This document shows positions 29,263-39,538 of a DNA stretch of 48,377 nucleotides, piece by piece. The notes under the pieces were generated by a model. The model was not told the DNA's origin. It saw nothing but the letters and a program-made list of their open reading frames with translations, and made no database searches. Source of the stretch: Candidatus Woesearchaeota archaeon (GTDB lineage: Archaea; Nanobdellota; Nanobdellia; Woesearchaeales; UBA10216); NCBI GenBank assembly GCA_043807015.1, contig JAZDGJ010000043.1:1-48377 (forward strand). Direction: 5' to 3'. The stretch's first letter is position 1. Each line of letters begins with the position of its first letter. Made by a program: the position numbers and the translations under genes.

Positions 29263-30002
29263 TGGAACTAAAAAACAAGATAGCAATAGTCACAGGAGGA
29301 AGCCGCGGGCTTGGCGCTGCAATGTCAGAATGCCTTGCTGAATCAGGCGCTTCTGTCGTGATTTGCTCAAATAACCAAAAAGAGCTTGACGGGGAATGCA
29401 GAAAAATTTCTGAAAAGGGCAGATGCTTCTGCTACAATGTTGATGTTTCCCAGCCTGAGCAGGTTAAGGGCTTCATTTCTTCTGTGATGAAAGCCCACGG
29501 CAGGATTGACATCCTCATCAATAATGCAGGCGTTACCCATCCCAAGAAGCCAGTTGAGGAAATCTCTGATGAGGAATACGAAAAATGCCTGCAAGTCAAC
29601 ACAGCCTCTGTGTTTTATTTCCTTAGGGAGGCGGTTCCAATAATGAAAAAGCAATGCAGCGGAATAATTGTCAACATTTCCTCAGGTGCAGGAAAGAAGG
29701 GCTACCCAGGGCTTTCAATCTACTCTGCCTCAAAGTTTGCAGTTCAGGGCTTGACAGAGTCAGTTGCAAAGGAGATCGAAAAAACCCCGGTGAAATGCAT
29801 TGCAATCTGCCCAGGTGGCATAAACACAGAGATGCGAGCTTCGATTTTCGGGAAAGAGGACGCTGAAAGGCAGCAGTCTCCATATGCTGTTGCAAAAATA
29901 GTCCGCGACATTATTGTAGGAAAAGTTTCTGTCCCCAACGGCGCAGATGTCCAAGTAAGAAACGGCGAAATAACAGGGATTAACGACAACCTTTCATTAT
30001 AG
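29259..30002 (+). CDS. Short-chain dehydrogenase/reductase
   Basis: TGGSRGLG, NNAG, YSASK. Confidence 0.92.
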   Translation: MMELKNKIAIVTGGSRGLGAAMSECLAESGASVVICSNNQKELDGECRKISEKGRCFCYNVDVSQPEQVKGFISSVMKAHGRIDILINNAGVTHPKKPVEEISDEEYEKCLQVNTASVFYFLREAVPIMKKQCSGIIVNISSGAGKKGYPGLSIYSASKFAVQGLTESVAKEIEKTPVKCIAICPGGINTEMRASIFGKEDAERQQSPYAVAKIVRDIIVGKVSVPNGADVQVRNGEITGINDNLSL

Positions 30003-30063
30003 AGATTTTCTACAGAGCCCCAAACAGCAATATTTATATTGGACCTGTTTTTAGTCTCCCTGG

Positions 30064-30783
30064 ATGAAAACTCTTTCAATTGTCGTCCCATGCTACAATG
30101 AGGAGGACAGTCTGCCCCAGCTTTTTTCTCAGATGACAGAAGTTTCAAAGCAGCTGCTGAAAGATTACCGCCTTGATGTTGTTTTTGTGGATGATGGCAG
30201 CAGGGATAATACCTTTGCCATGCTTTCCGGCTTCAAGAAAAAATTCAAAAGCAGCGGGGTGAGCGTTACCATATGCAGGCACGGAAAAAACCGCAACCTT
30301 GGTGCTGCCCTTAAGACTGCTTTCAAGGTGGTGAAGGGCGATTTGATAGTCACCGCTGACGCTGACTGCACATACTCTCTACTGGACATACCAAAGCTTC
30401 TGGCGCTTCTTGATGAAAATACCGACATTGTCTCAGCCTCCCCCTATCATCCTGAAGGAAAGTCTGCCATGATGCATGCCTACAGGCTGTTCCTCAGCAA
30501 GGCAATATCAAAAATATACAGGGTTCTCACAGGAAGCAGGATATACACATTCACAGCACTCTTCAGAGTCTACAGGAAGAAAGTCATAGATGATATACAT
30601 CCAAAGTCGGATAATTTCCTCGCTGTGACAGAGCTGCTTGTCTACTCGCTTAGAAAGGGATATAAGGTGAAGGAGTTCCCTGCTGACCTGACAGCAAGAA
30701 AATATGGCAAATCAAAGATGAAGCTGCTTTCAACAATAATGTCGCACGTTTCCCTGATAATGCGGCTAATTTTCAGGCTGTAA
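30064..30783 (+). CDS. GT2 glycosyltransferase
   Basis: VPCYNEE, VDDGSRD, DADCTY. Confidence 0.92.
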   Translation: MKTLSIVVPCYNEEDSLPQLFSQMTEVSKQLLKDYRLDVVFVDDGSRDNTFAMLSGFKKKFKSSGVSVTICRHGKNRNLGAALKTAFKVVKGDLIVTADADCTYSLLDIPKLLALLDENTDIVSASPYHPEGKSAMMHAYRLFLSKAISKIYRVLTGSRIYTFTALFRVYRKKVIDDIHPKSDNFLAVTELLVYSLRKGYKVKEFPADLTARKYGKSKMKLLSTIMSHVSLIMRLIFRL

Positions 30784-30784
30784 A

Positions 30785-31897
30785 ATGGCAAAACACAAAG
30801 TCATGACGCTTTTCGGCGTGAGGTCAGACATAATAAAGCTCTCTCCTCTGTTCCCGCTGCTTGACAAATCTTTCAGTCATGTGATGGTCCACAGCAACCA
30901 GCATTATGACTACAACATGGACAGGATATTTTTCAGGGAGCTTAAGCTGCGCGAGCCGGATTATAACCTGAATGCAGGGTCAGGCACCCATGCAGAGCAG
31001 ACATCCAAGATAATGCTTGGCTTTGAGAAAGCCCTCCTGAAGGAGAAGCCTGATGCAGTTATTGTGCAGGGCGACATAAACACCACCCTTGCCGGCTCCA
31101 TTGTCGCATCAAAACTCAGCATCCCCTTAATCCATATAGAAGGCGGCTGCAGGGGTTTTGCAAAGAAGGAGCCTGAGGAGATAAACAGGAAAGTTGCAGA
31201 TGTCCTCAGCGACCTCATATTCGTTCCTGATAAGGAATCTGTAAGAAACCTTGAACAGGAAGGATTTCCCCCAGGATCGTTCTTCCTTTCAGGCAATACC
31301 TCCCTTGACGTTTGCCTGCGCAACGTCAAGCTTGTTCCTTCAGGAGTTTTGGAAAAGTATGGGGTTGAGAGAGGCAAGTTCATTGTGGTTACAATCCACA
31401 GGGCGCAGAACACCGCGAGCAAAGAGCGCCTCGGCAGCATAGTATCAGCGCTTAATGAGATAAGCTCATTCTGCAAGGTCATTTTTTCTGTCCACCCGAG
31501 GACAGCAGCAGCCATCTCAAGGTTTGGGCTAAAAATTGGCAGGAAAGTCAGGGCAATAAAGCCAATTGGCTATCTTGATTTCCTTGGGCTTATGAAGGAT
31601 GCAAGGCTTATCCTGACTGACTCAGCAGGCATGCAGGAAGAGTCAGTCTTCCTTAATGTGCCCTGCCTCATAGCCTATAACGAGACGCCCTGGGTGCCGT
31701 ATGTGAAGAGCGGGAAGAACAGGCTTGTCGGATACAGGAAAAATTCAATTGTTTCTGCAGTAAAGAAGCTCTTATACGACGACAAGTATTATGGCTCAGT
31801 AAAGAAAATACCGTATGACTTCTACCCGAATGTTTCAGAGACCATATGCAAAAAGATAAAATCGTGGCTGGATGAAAGGAAGAAAAATAAGAATTAA
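30785..31897 (+). CDS. wecB: UDP-N-acetylglucosamine 2-epimerase, non-hydrolysing (WecB/WbpI family)
   Basis: QHYD, QGDINT, HIEGG.R, PEEINR, TIHR, TDSAGMQEE. Confidence 0.85.
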   Translation: MAKHKVMTLFGVRSDIIKLSPLFPLLDKSFSHVMVHSNQHYDYNMDRIFFRELKLREPDYNLNAGSGTHAEQTSKIMLGFEKALLKEKPDAVIVQGDINTTLAGSIVASKLSIPLIHIEGGCRGFAKKEPEEINRKVADVLSDLIFVPDKESVRNLEQEGFPPGSFFLSGNTSLDVCLRNVKLVPSGVLEKYGVERGKFIVVTIHRAQNTASKERLGSIVSALNEISSFCKVIFSVHPRTAAAISRFGLKIGRKVRAIKPIGYLDFLGLMKDARLILTDSAGMQEESVFLNVPCLIAYNETPWVPYVKSGKNRLVGYRKNSIVSAVKKLLYDDKYYGSVKKIPYDFYPNVSETICKKIKSWLDERKKNKN

Positions 31898-32988
31898 AAT
31901 CCCTTTATCTTTTCCGTAACATAGCCTATCTCGTCTTCCGTGAGCTCAGGGAACATTGGCAGCGAGAGTATTTCTTTTGCCGCTTTCTCGCAGTTCGGCA
32001 CAGAGCCTTCCTTCAAGCCGAGGGATGCATATGCCTCCTGAAGGTGGATTGGAGTCGGGTAATGTATGCCTGTGGAAATGCCGTTGTCGTTAAGGAATTT
32101 TGCCAGTTCGTCCCTTCTCTGCGACCTTATGACATAGAGGTGGTATATGTGCTTCCTTCCCTCCAGCTCCTGCGGCGTTATTACACCTGATTTTCCCAGC
32201 AGCTCGTTGTAGAGCGCAGCATTTTTCCTTCTCTTTTCGTTCCAGCTGTCAAGGCGCTTCAGCTTCACAGTGAGCACAGCAGCCTGCATTTCCTCCATCC
32301 TGAAATTATAGCCGGGAATCCGGTGAGTGTGCTTTGGCTTTTCGCCATGCGACCTGAGGAGCCTCATCTTCTCGTCAAGCTTTTCGTCACTTGTGACACA
32401 CATGCCGCCTTCGCCATAGGCGCCCAGGTTTTTTCCAGGGTAGAATGAGAAGCACCCAATCCTTCCGAACGAGCCTGATTTCTTGCCGCGGTATTCTGCG
32501 CCATGCGCCTGGCATGCATCTTCCACAACAGCTATGCCTTTGCTTTCTGCGAGCTCCATTATTTCGCCCATGGCAGCCACTTGGCCGTAAAGGTGGACAG
32601 GAATTACTGCTTTTGTCCTGGGGGTCATTTTCCCTTTCATGCTTTCAGCGTTCATGCAGAAATCGCTGTTATTGATGTCTGCAAAAACGGGCTTTGCGCC
32701 TGTGGCAGTTATTGCCTCTGCTGTCGCGAAGAACGAATTTGGGCATGTTATTACCTCGTCTCCTTTTCCTATGCCCAGCGCCAGCAGCGCGATATGCAGC
32801 GCAGACGTTCCAGAGTTGACGCCTGCTGCGTATTTTGAATTGCAGTATGCTGCGAATGCCTTCTCAAACTCCTCTGTCTTTGGGCCCATGGCAAACCTCT
32901 GGCTTTCAACAACCTCAACTATTGCCTTGCTTATTTCACCCTTTATCTGCTCGTATTGCCTTTTCAAATCCAGAAATGGAACATTCAT
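31894..32988 (-). CDS. DegT/DnrJ/EryC1/StrS aminotransferase (WbpE/WlbC-like)
   Basis: VPFLDL, SGTSAL, PVHLYG, EDACQAHG, SFYPGKNLGAYGEGG. Confidence 0.92.
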   Translation of the reverse strand: MNVPFLDLKRQYEQIKGEISKAIVEVVESQRFAMGPKTEEFEKAFAAYCNSKYAAGVNSGTSALHIALLALGIGKGDEVITCPNSFFATAEAITATGAKPVFADINNSDFCMNAESMKGKMTPRTKAVIPVHLYGQVAAMGEIMELAESKGIAVVEDACQAHGAEYRGKKSGSFGRIGCFSFYPGKNLGAYGEGGMCVTSDEKLDEKMRLLRSHGEKPKHTHRIPGYNFRMEEMQAAVLTVKLKRLDSWNEKRRKNAALYNELLGKSGVITPQELEGRKHIYHLYVIRSQRRDELAKFLNDNGISTGIHYPTPIHLQEAYASLGLKEGSVPNCEKAAKEILSLPMFPELTEDEIGYVTEKIKGF

Positions 32989-32989
32989 T

Positions 32990-33457
32990 TTATTCGTCCT
33001 CCCTTGCCTTTCTGAGAACCCTTGCAGGGTTTCCGGCAACTATTGAATTTGCAGGGACATCCTTTGTTACAACGCTCCCTGCGCCAACAATTGCGTTCTC
33101 GCCTATTGTGACGCCGCAGAGTATCGTGGAGTTTGCGCCGATGCCTGCCCTTTTCTTCACAATCGTCTGCTCAACTTTCCAATCCCCTGAGCCTTTCATG
33201 CTCCCATCCTTGTTCGTTGACCTTGGGTAGCGGTCGTTTACAAAGCAGACGTGTGGCCCTATAAAAACCTCATCTTCTATTATAATGCCTTCGGGGATGA
33301 ATGCAAAAGCCTGTATCTTGCACCGCTTTCCTATTTTGACGCCTTCTCTTATTTCAACGAAAGAGCCAATTTTGGTGTTGTCGCCTATCTCGCATCCGTA
33401 AAGGTTCACGAAGCCGTAAATCTTAACGTCTTTGCCCAGCTTTACGTCATCTTTTAT
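32990..33457 (-). CDS. Hexapeptide-repeat N-acetyltransferase (WbpD/WlbB-like); start codon uncertain
   Basis: [49 protein letters not shown]; family-like sequence continues upstream of the only canonical start (GTG 33409). Confidence 0.85.
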   Translation of the reverse strand: MKDDVKLGKDVKIYGFVNLYGCEIGDNTKIGSFVEIREGVKIGKRCKIQAFAFIPEGIIIEDEVFIGPHVCFVNDRYPRSTNKDGSMKGSGDWKVEQTIVKKRAGIGANSTILCGVTIGENAIVGAGSVVTKDVPANSIVAGNPARVLRKAREDE

Positions 33458-33474
33458 AAGCTGGTGAGCCCCAC

Positions 33475-34518
33475 TTACTCTTTGCTGTCCAAGAATACTT
33501 CATCACCGTTGCTTTCAAGCGATTTTTGCGCTGCCTCTAATGCCAGCATAACCTTGTAGCCAGAGTAGCCGTCGCTTAGCGGATTCCTGCCTGTTTTTAT
33601 GCACTCTATGAAGTGGCTGGAGACCTCTTTTAGAGGTTCCCTGTCGTCAATTTTTGGTATGTAAATGTCCCCTGAACGGTAAAGGAGCTGGAAGTCCCCG
33701 AAGCTTCCGTAATATTGCTGTGGGGGCAGCCCATGGTTTTCAATGCTCACGCCTTTGTCAAAAATCTTGATCTTCTCGCTTTGGCTCACATCGTCATACA
33801 CAAGCATCTTCTTGCTTCCTATAATCGTCATTTCCCTTATTTTTCTTGGGCTGAGCCAGCTTACATGAAGGTGTGCTGCCACGTTGTTTGGGAACTTAAG
33901 TATTACATGGGCAGTGTCCTGGTTGTTTGGCATGACATGAGATTCAGCAAAGGTCCTTGCAGAAATAGGCTCGCTTCCAAGGAGGAACCTAAGCATGGAA
34001 ATGTCATGCGGTGTGAGATCCCATAGGACATTAACATCTTTCTGAAAGAGCCCCAGATTTATCCTGGTGATGTGAATGTTGAAAATCTCACCAAGCTCCT
34101 TCTTGTCAATGATTTCCTTTATTTTTCTCACGCTTGTGGAATACTCGAAAGTATGGTCAACCATCAGGGTTTTACCAGCCTTTTTGGCTATTCTTGTAAG
34201 TTCAAGGGCTTCGCTGCTTGTTTTCGTTATCGGTTTTTCTACCAGTGTATGCTTTCCATGTTCAAGCGCCTGTTTCGCAAGCCCATAGTGCGTAGCCACA
34301 GGGGTTGCTATTACCACCCCATCAATGTCTGTTTTTAGGAGAGCTTCGTAGTCAGTAGTGGTTTTGACGTTGTGGAAGATGAGCTTCATCTGCTTCAGCC
34401 TTTCTTCATTAAGGTCACAGCACACAACCTCTTCAACTTCGATGTTTTGGGAGAAATTCCTTACAAGGTTTGGTCCCCAGTAGCCGCACCCAACAATCCC
34501 AATTTTATATTTCTGCAT
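33475..34518 (-). CDS. Gfo/Idh/MocA oxidoreductase (WbpB/WlbA-like)
   Basis: [25 protein letters not shown]. Confidence 0.9.
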   Translation of the reverse strand: MQKYKIGIVGCGYWGPNLVRNFSQNIEVEEVVCCDLNEERLKQMKLIFHNVKTTTDYEALLKTDIDGVVIATPVATHYGLAKQALEHGKHTLVEKPITKTSSEALELTRIAKKAGKTLMVDHTFEYSTSVRKIKEIIDKKELGEIFNIHITRINLGLFQKDVNVLWDLTPHDISMLRFLLGSEPISARTFAESHVMPNNQDTAHVILKFPNNVAAHLHVSWLSPRKIREMTIIGSKKMLVYDDVSQSEKIKIFDKGVSIENHGLPPQQYYGSFGDFQLLYRSGDIYIPKIDDREPLKEVSSHFIECIKTGRNPLSDGYSGYKVMLALEAAQKSLESNGDEVFLDSKE

Positions 34519-34573
34519 GCCTTTTCAAGAAAAGGCGTATTAATAGCTGCTTAATAAAGCTTTTCTTGTTTTC

Positions 34574-34715
34574 GGGGATGTCACATAATTCGGCCGGCTG
34601 CGGTCGCAATGCGACTTCCCCCATTCCCGCCACAACTTAGTTAGGGCGGGAATAGGGGAACCCCAAGGAACTTGGGGCGCAGCCGGCTAGAAAAAAGGGT
34701 TTTCGCAACAACCCC
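34574..34715. mobile_element. MITE/REP-like four-way-junction element, copy 1 (142 bp)
   Basis: P1 34593-602/34678-87; P2 GTCGC-AAT-GCGAC; P3 34616-31/34645-60; P4 CCCCAAG-GAA-CTTGGGG; ends GGGGATGT/ACAACCCC; flanks CTTGTTTTC and CTTGTTTCC. The structure is seen; mobility is inferred. Confidence 0.55.
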
Positions 34716-34736
34716 CTTGTTTCCAGCTCTCTTCAA

Positions 34737-35447
34737 TCAAATTCTCTTCTTTTTCAGCCTATAGAAATATAATCTCAAAAGGCCGCCAAGGTAATTGGAG
34801 TATTCGCTCAGTCCTATCTTGCTCTTTCCCACAGTCCTGTTCCTGAAGGTGTAAGGCACCTCAATTGCTTTGCTATACCTTCCCTTTACAATGATCTCAA
34901 GCAGTATCTTGTAACCCCTTGTTTCAAGTTTCACGCCTTCTATTACTCTCCTCCTTGTGAAAAACAGTCCGCTCATGGGGTCTTTTATCCCTGTTAGCGG
35001 GTATGCCAGCAGCGTCGCTGCCTTGCTCATAAGTTTGCGGCTCAGCGGCCATACTTCAACCCCTCCGCCCTTTGCATGCCTGCTTCCAATCGTAAGGTCT
35101 GCTTTGTTCTCCAGTATTGGCCGTATCAGCAGCGGCAGCACCTCAGGGGGATGGCTCATGTCAGCATCCATTACTCCAAGTATGTCCCCCTTCGCTTCAG
35201 AGAACCCTGTTTTCACTGCAGAGGCAAGGTCAATTTTTTTGTTTCGCACAATCACCCGTACATTATACTTTTTGCCGAATGTCCTTGCTGCCTTTGCTGT
35301 TCCATCAGGAGAATTGTCATCAACAATCACAACCTCAATTTTTGCGCCAATTTTTTTGCAGCTCGCGAATATCTGGGGGATTAGCAGTTTTATATTCTCG
35401 CGCTCATTGTATGTAGGCACTATCAGTGAAACGGTTTTTCCCATCAT
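34737..35447 (-). CDS. Polyprenol/dolichol-phosphate mannose synthase (DPM1-like GT2)
   Basis: PTYNEREN, VDDNSPDGT, MDADMSHPP, DPMSG. Confidence 0.92.
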   Translation of the reverse strand: MMGKTVSLIVPTYNERENIKLLIPQIFASCKKIGAKIEVVIVDDNSPDGTAKAARTFGKKYNVRVIVRNKKIDLASAVKTGFSEAKGDILGVMDADMSHPPEVLPLLIRPILENKADLTIGSRHAKGGGVEVWPLSRKLMSKAATLLAYPLTGIKDPMSGLFFTRRRVIEGVKLETRGYKILLEIIVKGRYSKAIEVPYTFRNRTVGKSKIGLSEYSNYLGGLLRLYFYRLKKKRI

Positions 35448-35454
35448 GCCCTTC

Positions 35455-36123
35455 CTAATTTTTCCTTGCCACTATTATTATGTAAAAGAAATTGCCGTTT
35501 ATCTGCTCTGCTATTGAAAAGCCCCTTTTCTCAAAATCTTTACTTAGGCGTTTTGGCGAAAAATGGTTTATGTGCCCGCAGTTTCTCCTGTAAAGCTCCT
35601 TGTCCAGGAGGTATCCCTGGATAAAGCACTGCACTGCAAAAAGAGGCTTCCACAAGCTCAGGTTTGTGTCATAAGGAACCGTGACAATTGCAATGCCGCC
35701 TGGCTTCAGCACTCTTCGGATCTCTGCAATTGTGTCCGTGTAGTTCGGTATGTGCTCAAGAGTTTCTGTTGTGATTATTACGTCAACTGAGTTGCTTTTC
35801 AGCCCTGTCCTGTTGATGTCCTCTACCCTGTAATCTTTCAGCCGCCCTATTCTCTTGGCGTATTTGGGCATCTTTTCGTTTATGTCTATGCCTGTTACCG
35901 GCATGCCCCTTCTGTTCCAGTTGCAGGTTCCGCAGCCAAGGTCAACTATTTTTGCGCCCTTTGCAGTATACTTCCTTACAAGGCGGTCAACTGCGCTGTT
36001 GCTTGATCTGTGGAACCACGCCCTTATGGGGTTAAGGGAATTTGTTTGGTCATCGAAGAACTCATCTCCGAGGCCTTCATTTAGCTCAATCATGCGCCCA
36101 TATTCATTATCCTTTCCCCTCAT
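35455..36123 (-). CDS. Class I SAM-dependent methyltransferase
   Basis: VDLGCG, ETLEHI, RVLKPGG. Confidence 0.9.
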   Translation of the reverse strand: MRGKDNEYGRMIELNEGLGDEFFDDQTNSLNPIRAWFHRSSNSAVDRLVRKYTAKGAKIVDLGCGTCNWNRRGMPVTGIDINEKMPKYAKRIGRLKDYRVEDINRTGLKSNSVDVIITTETLEHIPNYTDTIAEIRRVLKPGGIAIVTVPYDTNLSLWKPLFAVQCFIQGYLLDKELYRRNCGHINHFSPKRLSKDFEKRGFSIAEQINGNFFYIIIVARKN

Positions 36124-38072
36124 TGCCCAACCTCATCACACTTCTCTAATGTCCCAGCATTTTTGGCAGTTAGCTCGAGCGTTATAAAGCTTTCTTTTTT
36201 TATTTCAGCATAGTTTTTGCATATGCCTTCTCCATAGCTTGCTCCTGACTTCAGCAGTAGCCAGGAGCCTTTTCCGGCAATAATCCCATATTGCTCATCG
36301 TTAAGCAGCTCATTTACATATCCGATAAATTCCTCTCCGGTGTATATCCCTTCTGTGGACGGCGTGAGGCTGAGCAGCACATAGTCTGCCGTTACCTTTT
36401 TTTCATCTGTGAGGTACCATGCCTTGTGGAAGGGGTTTGGAAAAACATATATCAGCTCCCTCTGGCTCAGGTGGGGAACTGCCGTGTTTGATGCTGAAAC
36501 AGAGGCGTTGGATGGTATCATTGCAGAAAGCTCCCTGGCGGCTTTTGCATCGCCTGAGTTAAAGTCATAGCTGCTGTACGAGAAATTCCTTGCTCCGGGC
36601 AGGGGACCGTAATAGTAAGCGCTGAAAACCGATGCCGAAAGAACTAATGCCATTATAGCTGCATTTGCCTGCAGTGCAGTTATTCCCCACTTCAGTTGGT
36701 GTGCCTCAAGCATTTTCCTTGCTCTTGAAAGCCCTGCTATCAAAGCCAGGAATATGAATGGTATTATATTGGCATTATAATGGAAGAATATTGAATGCAG
36801 CTGCGGCGCCTCGCTGAGCATGTTTATTGAGAAGGCGGGCAATGCCCAGACGAGCAGCTCAGGAGCTAGCAGTGACAAGCCGCCTGTAGGTAGTAGCATC
36901 ATCGCCAAGTAGGCAAGCCGCTCAGGGCTCGCAATGGCTGAAAGCGTGCCAATCGGGTTTAGCAGAGCGTTCTTCACCACCTCAAGCGGTGTGCTTCCAA
37001 GCGCCCCAAATCCGCTTACGCTGAATGTGCCCGCTTCTGAGAAATAAGGAATGAACAATTCTGTCGCAAACAGGAAGATTGCTGATGAAATGACTGCTGC
37101 AGCCATCCCGATTTTCCACCTTCGTTTTATTACTAAGGCATACAGCCCAAGTGCAACGCCTGCTATTGCTGCATCTTCCTTTATAAGCGCTGTAAGAACC
37201 GCCATAAGGAAGAAAAGCATCTCTTTTTTTCTCTCAAGGAAATAGAGCCCGAAAAGAATTGTTGTTACAGCAAAGCTCTCAATGTGGAAATCCTCAAGGG
37301 TGATGTAGTTCATTGCAGGATAAATAAGGTATGCTACAGCAACAACCAGCGCGGCTTTTCCACCAAGCTTGCTTTTGGCAAGTTTGAAGAGGGGCAAAAC
37401 GCCAGCTGCCATGACTAAGCACTGCAGCGCAAGCAGGAGCTCCACCTTTGGCGCAACCTTATAGAGCAGCGACAGAGGGAAGAACAGGAAGAAGGAGTGA
37501 TGAGCAAAAAGGTAATCGCCAACAACTGTGCTGAATATTACCTTGCCGTGTGCCAAGCCCCAAAGCGTCTGGTCAAATATGCCGAGGTCAAAACCCCTGG
37601 TATTAAATGCGTGATGTTTCGCAATGCTCATAGCTGCTAGACCTATCGCATAAGCAGCAGCCAGCACAAGCGCAATTTTGCTGCTCCTCTCGCCGACGTT
37701 CCGCGGTAGCCTGGCTGCAATCCTGTCTCTGAATTTCGCCAAGAAATATACCTTAAGCGCTACAAAAAAGCTAACTGAAACAGTCACCAAAAGAGCTCCT
37801 GGCAGGTATGCGAACCTTTCAAATTCCTGCGGCACCTTCACGAGAGCTGTGAGCGGCAGGAAAAAAAGCAGGGCAGCTGCAGCATACGTCTTTGCGTCAT
37901 CTTTCAAAACCCCTGCCAGCCGTGTTCCAGCAAGCCATGCAAACATTGCGGAGTAGCCGAGCCATGCCGCATATGGCCATGGCGAATTCAGCGCAAAAGC
38001 AGCCATTGTGACAATTAGGAAAGGCAATATAATGGCAGGTTGCCTTATTGTGCTGACGACTTTAGTAATCAC
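36120..38072 (-). CDS. DUF2079-like GT-C membrane protein
   Basis: FDLGIFDQ, HHS, DFH, KED, HY, PHLSQR..IY.FP. Confidence 0.8.
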   Translation of the reverse strand: MITKVVSTIRQPAIILPFLIVTMAAFALNSPWPYAAWLGYSAMFAWLAGTRLAGVLKDDAKTYAAAALLFFLPLTALVKVPQEFERFAYLPGALLVTVSVSFFVALKVYFLAKFRDRIAARLPRNVGERSSKIALVLAAAYAIGLAAMSIAKHHAFNTRGFDLGIFDQTLWGLAHGKVIFSTVVGDYLFAHHSFFLFFPLSLLYKVAPKVELLLALQCLVMAAGVLPLFKLAKSKLGGKAALVVAVAYLIYPAMNYITLEDFHIESFAVTTILFGLYFLERKKEMLFFLMAVLTALIKEDAAIAGVALGLYALVIKRRWKIGMAAAVISSAIFLFATELFIPYFSEAGTFSVSGFGALGSTPLEVVKNALLNPIGTLSAIASPERLAYLAMMLLPTGGLSLLAPELLVWALPAFSINMLSEAPQLHSIFFHYNANIIPFIFLALIAGLSRARKMLEAHQLKWGITALQANAAIMALVLSASVFSAYYYGPLPGARNFSYSSYDFNSGDAKAARELSAMIPSNASVSASNTAVPHLSQRELIYVFPNPFHKAWYLTDEKKVTADYVLLSLTPSTEGIYTGEEFIGYVNELLNDEQYGIIAGKGSWLLLKSGASYGEGICKNYAEIKKESFITLELTAKNAGTLEKCDEVGQ

Positions 38073-38168
38073 AGCCTTGGGCTTAATCTTTCACTTTAAA
38101 ATATTTACCGTTTGTTGAGCCCATTACTACTAAAAACGTTTTTAAATAGCCGCTCTTTTCCAAAGGGC

Positions 38169-38954
38169 GTGGCAGCCATCTATGTCTACAGGAAAGGCAG
38201 GCTCAAAAAGGAGCTGAAGGAGCTTTTTTCTGCCCACGAGTCGCTTGACGTTTCCGTTGTGCTTCCTACTTACAATGAGGAAGCGAATGTTAAGCGCCTT
38301 ATCAGCGAGCTCGGAAACGTGCTTAAGGGGTATGAGTATGAAATTGTCGTGGTGGACGACAACTCAAAAGACAAGACTCCTGAAATAATTGACAGGTATG
38401 CTGCAAAAGGCGTTGTTGCAGCACTGCACCGGTATGGCATAAGGGGCATATTTTCTGCAATAAATGACGGAATAAAAGTTGCTGAAGGCAAAACCGTTGT
38501 AATCATGGACGCGGACTTTTCCCATCCTCCGTCACTGCTGCCGCAGCTTCTTTCAAAAATTCCAGACTATGATGTTGTGTCAGGCTCCCGTTTCTGCAAG
38601 GGCGGTGGTATTAACGCGCCGAGCTTGAGAAAATTCAGCACGCTTGCCTTTAATACGGCGATAAGGTTCATCCTTGGCGCAAAAATCACTGACTGGACAG
38701 GCGGCTTCCATGCAATAAGGAAAGACGCCTATGAGCAGCTTAAATTCAAATACCCTGCAAGCTGGGGCGAGTTTGACCTTGAGCTGCTTTACAGGGCAAA
38801 AAAAGCAAAACTGAAGATTTTTGAAGTCCCGTTTGTCTACAACTTCCGCGAGGAAGGGGCGTCTAAATCAGCGGAGGGCTTTAGCTTCTTCTTCGGCTAT
38901 GCAATCAAATACGGATTGAGGGCGATAAGGCTGAGATTCTTTGACTGGCTGTAA
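38169..38954 (+). CDS. DPM1-like GT2 glycosyltransferase
   Basis: LPTYNEEAN, VDDNSKD, MDADFSHPP; GTG 38169 preferred because TTTAAATA lies at 38141. Confidence 0.88.
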   Translation: MAAIYVYRKGRLKKELKELFSAHESLDVSVVLPTYNEEANVKRLISELGNVLKGYEYEIVVVDDNSKDKTPEIIDRYAAKGVVAALHRYGIRGIFSAINDGIKVAEGKTVVIMDADFSHPPSLLPQLLSKIPDYDVVSGSRFCKGGGINAPSLRKFSTLAFNTAIRFILGAKITDWTGGFHAIRKDAYEQLKFKYPASWGEFDLELLYRAKKAKLKIFEVPFVYNFREEGASKSAEGFSFFFGYAIKYGLRAIRLRFFDWL

Positions 38955-38987
38955 AAATTTATAAATGAAGCACATAATCCTGTTGGG

Positions 38988-39482
38988 ATGCCTGAATTGA
39001 AATCCAAGCTGAATCTCGGTGCTGGAAAGGACATAAAGGAAGGATACCTCAACCTTGACATAGTTCCCCTTAAGGGAATAGACGTTGTCCATGACCTCAA
39101 CAAAATTCCGTATCCTTTTAGGGATAACCAATTTGAAGAAATCCTGTGCTTGAATGTCCTTGAACATCTGGATGACTTCCAGAAGGTCTTGGAGGAACTG
39201 CATAGGATTGGCTCGAATGGAGCAAGAGTAAAGATAGGCGTCCCATACTGGAACAGCCTTCTTGTTTGGGCTGACCCACAGCACAAAAGGGGCTTTACGC
39301 TGGACACTTTTACTTTCTTTGAAAAATCTCATTACTACAATTTCCGTTTTAAGGTTATCAAGCAGGAGTTGATAGGCTCAAAGGTTGGCAAATTGTTTCC
39401 AGGTCCCCTCCGCTACTTGCTTTCTTATTTTCTCTGTAACATCGTGGAAGGTATGCGCGTTGAGCTGGAAGTTGTGAAATAA
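38988..39482 (+). CDS. Small class I SAM-dependent methyltransferase
   Basis: KLNLGAG, VHDLN..PYPF.D, VLEHL, DPQH. Confidence 0.85.
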   Translation: MPELKSKLNLGAGKDIKEGYLNLDIVPLKGIDVVHDLNKIPYPFRDNQFEEILCLNVLEHLDDFQKVLEELHRIGSNGARVKIGVPYWNSLLVWADPQHKRGFTLDTFTFFEKSHYYNFRFKVIKQELIGSKVGKLFPGPLRYLLSYFLCNIVEGMRVELEVVK

Positions 39483-39538
39483 GCTGCTGCATTCGGCATG
39501 TGAAAACTTTATAAACCAGAGCCCTATTCTCCCTGGCA

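Noticed and set aside
34593-34687. tRNA (cloverleaf-like topology)
   Set aside because: No TTC T-loop, no D-loop GG, no 7-nt anticodon loop; loops are 3 nt and the closing stem is 10 bp
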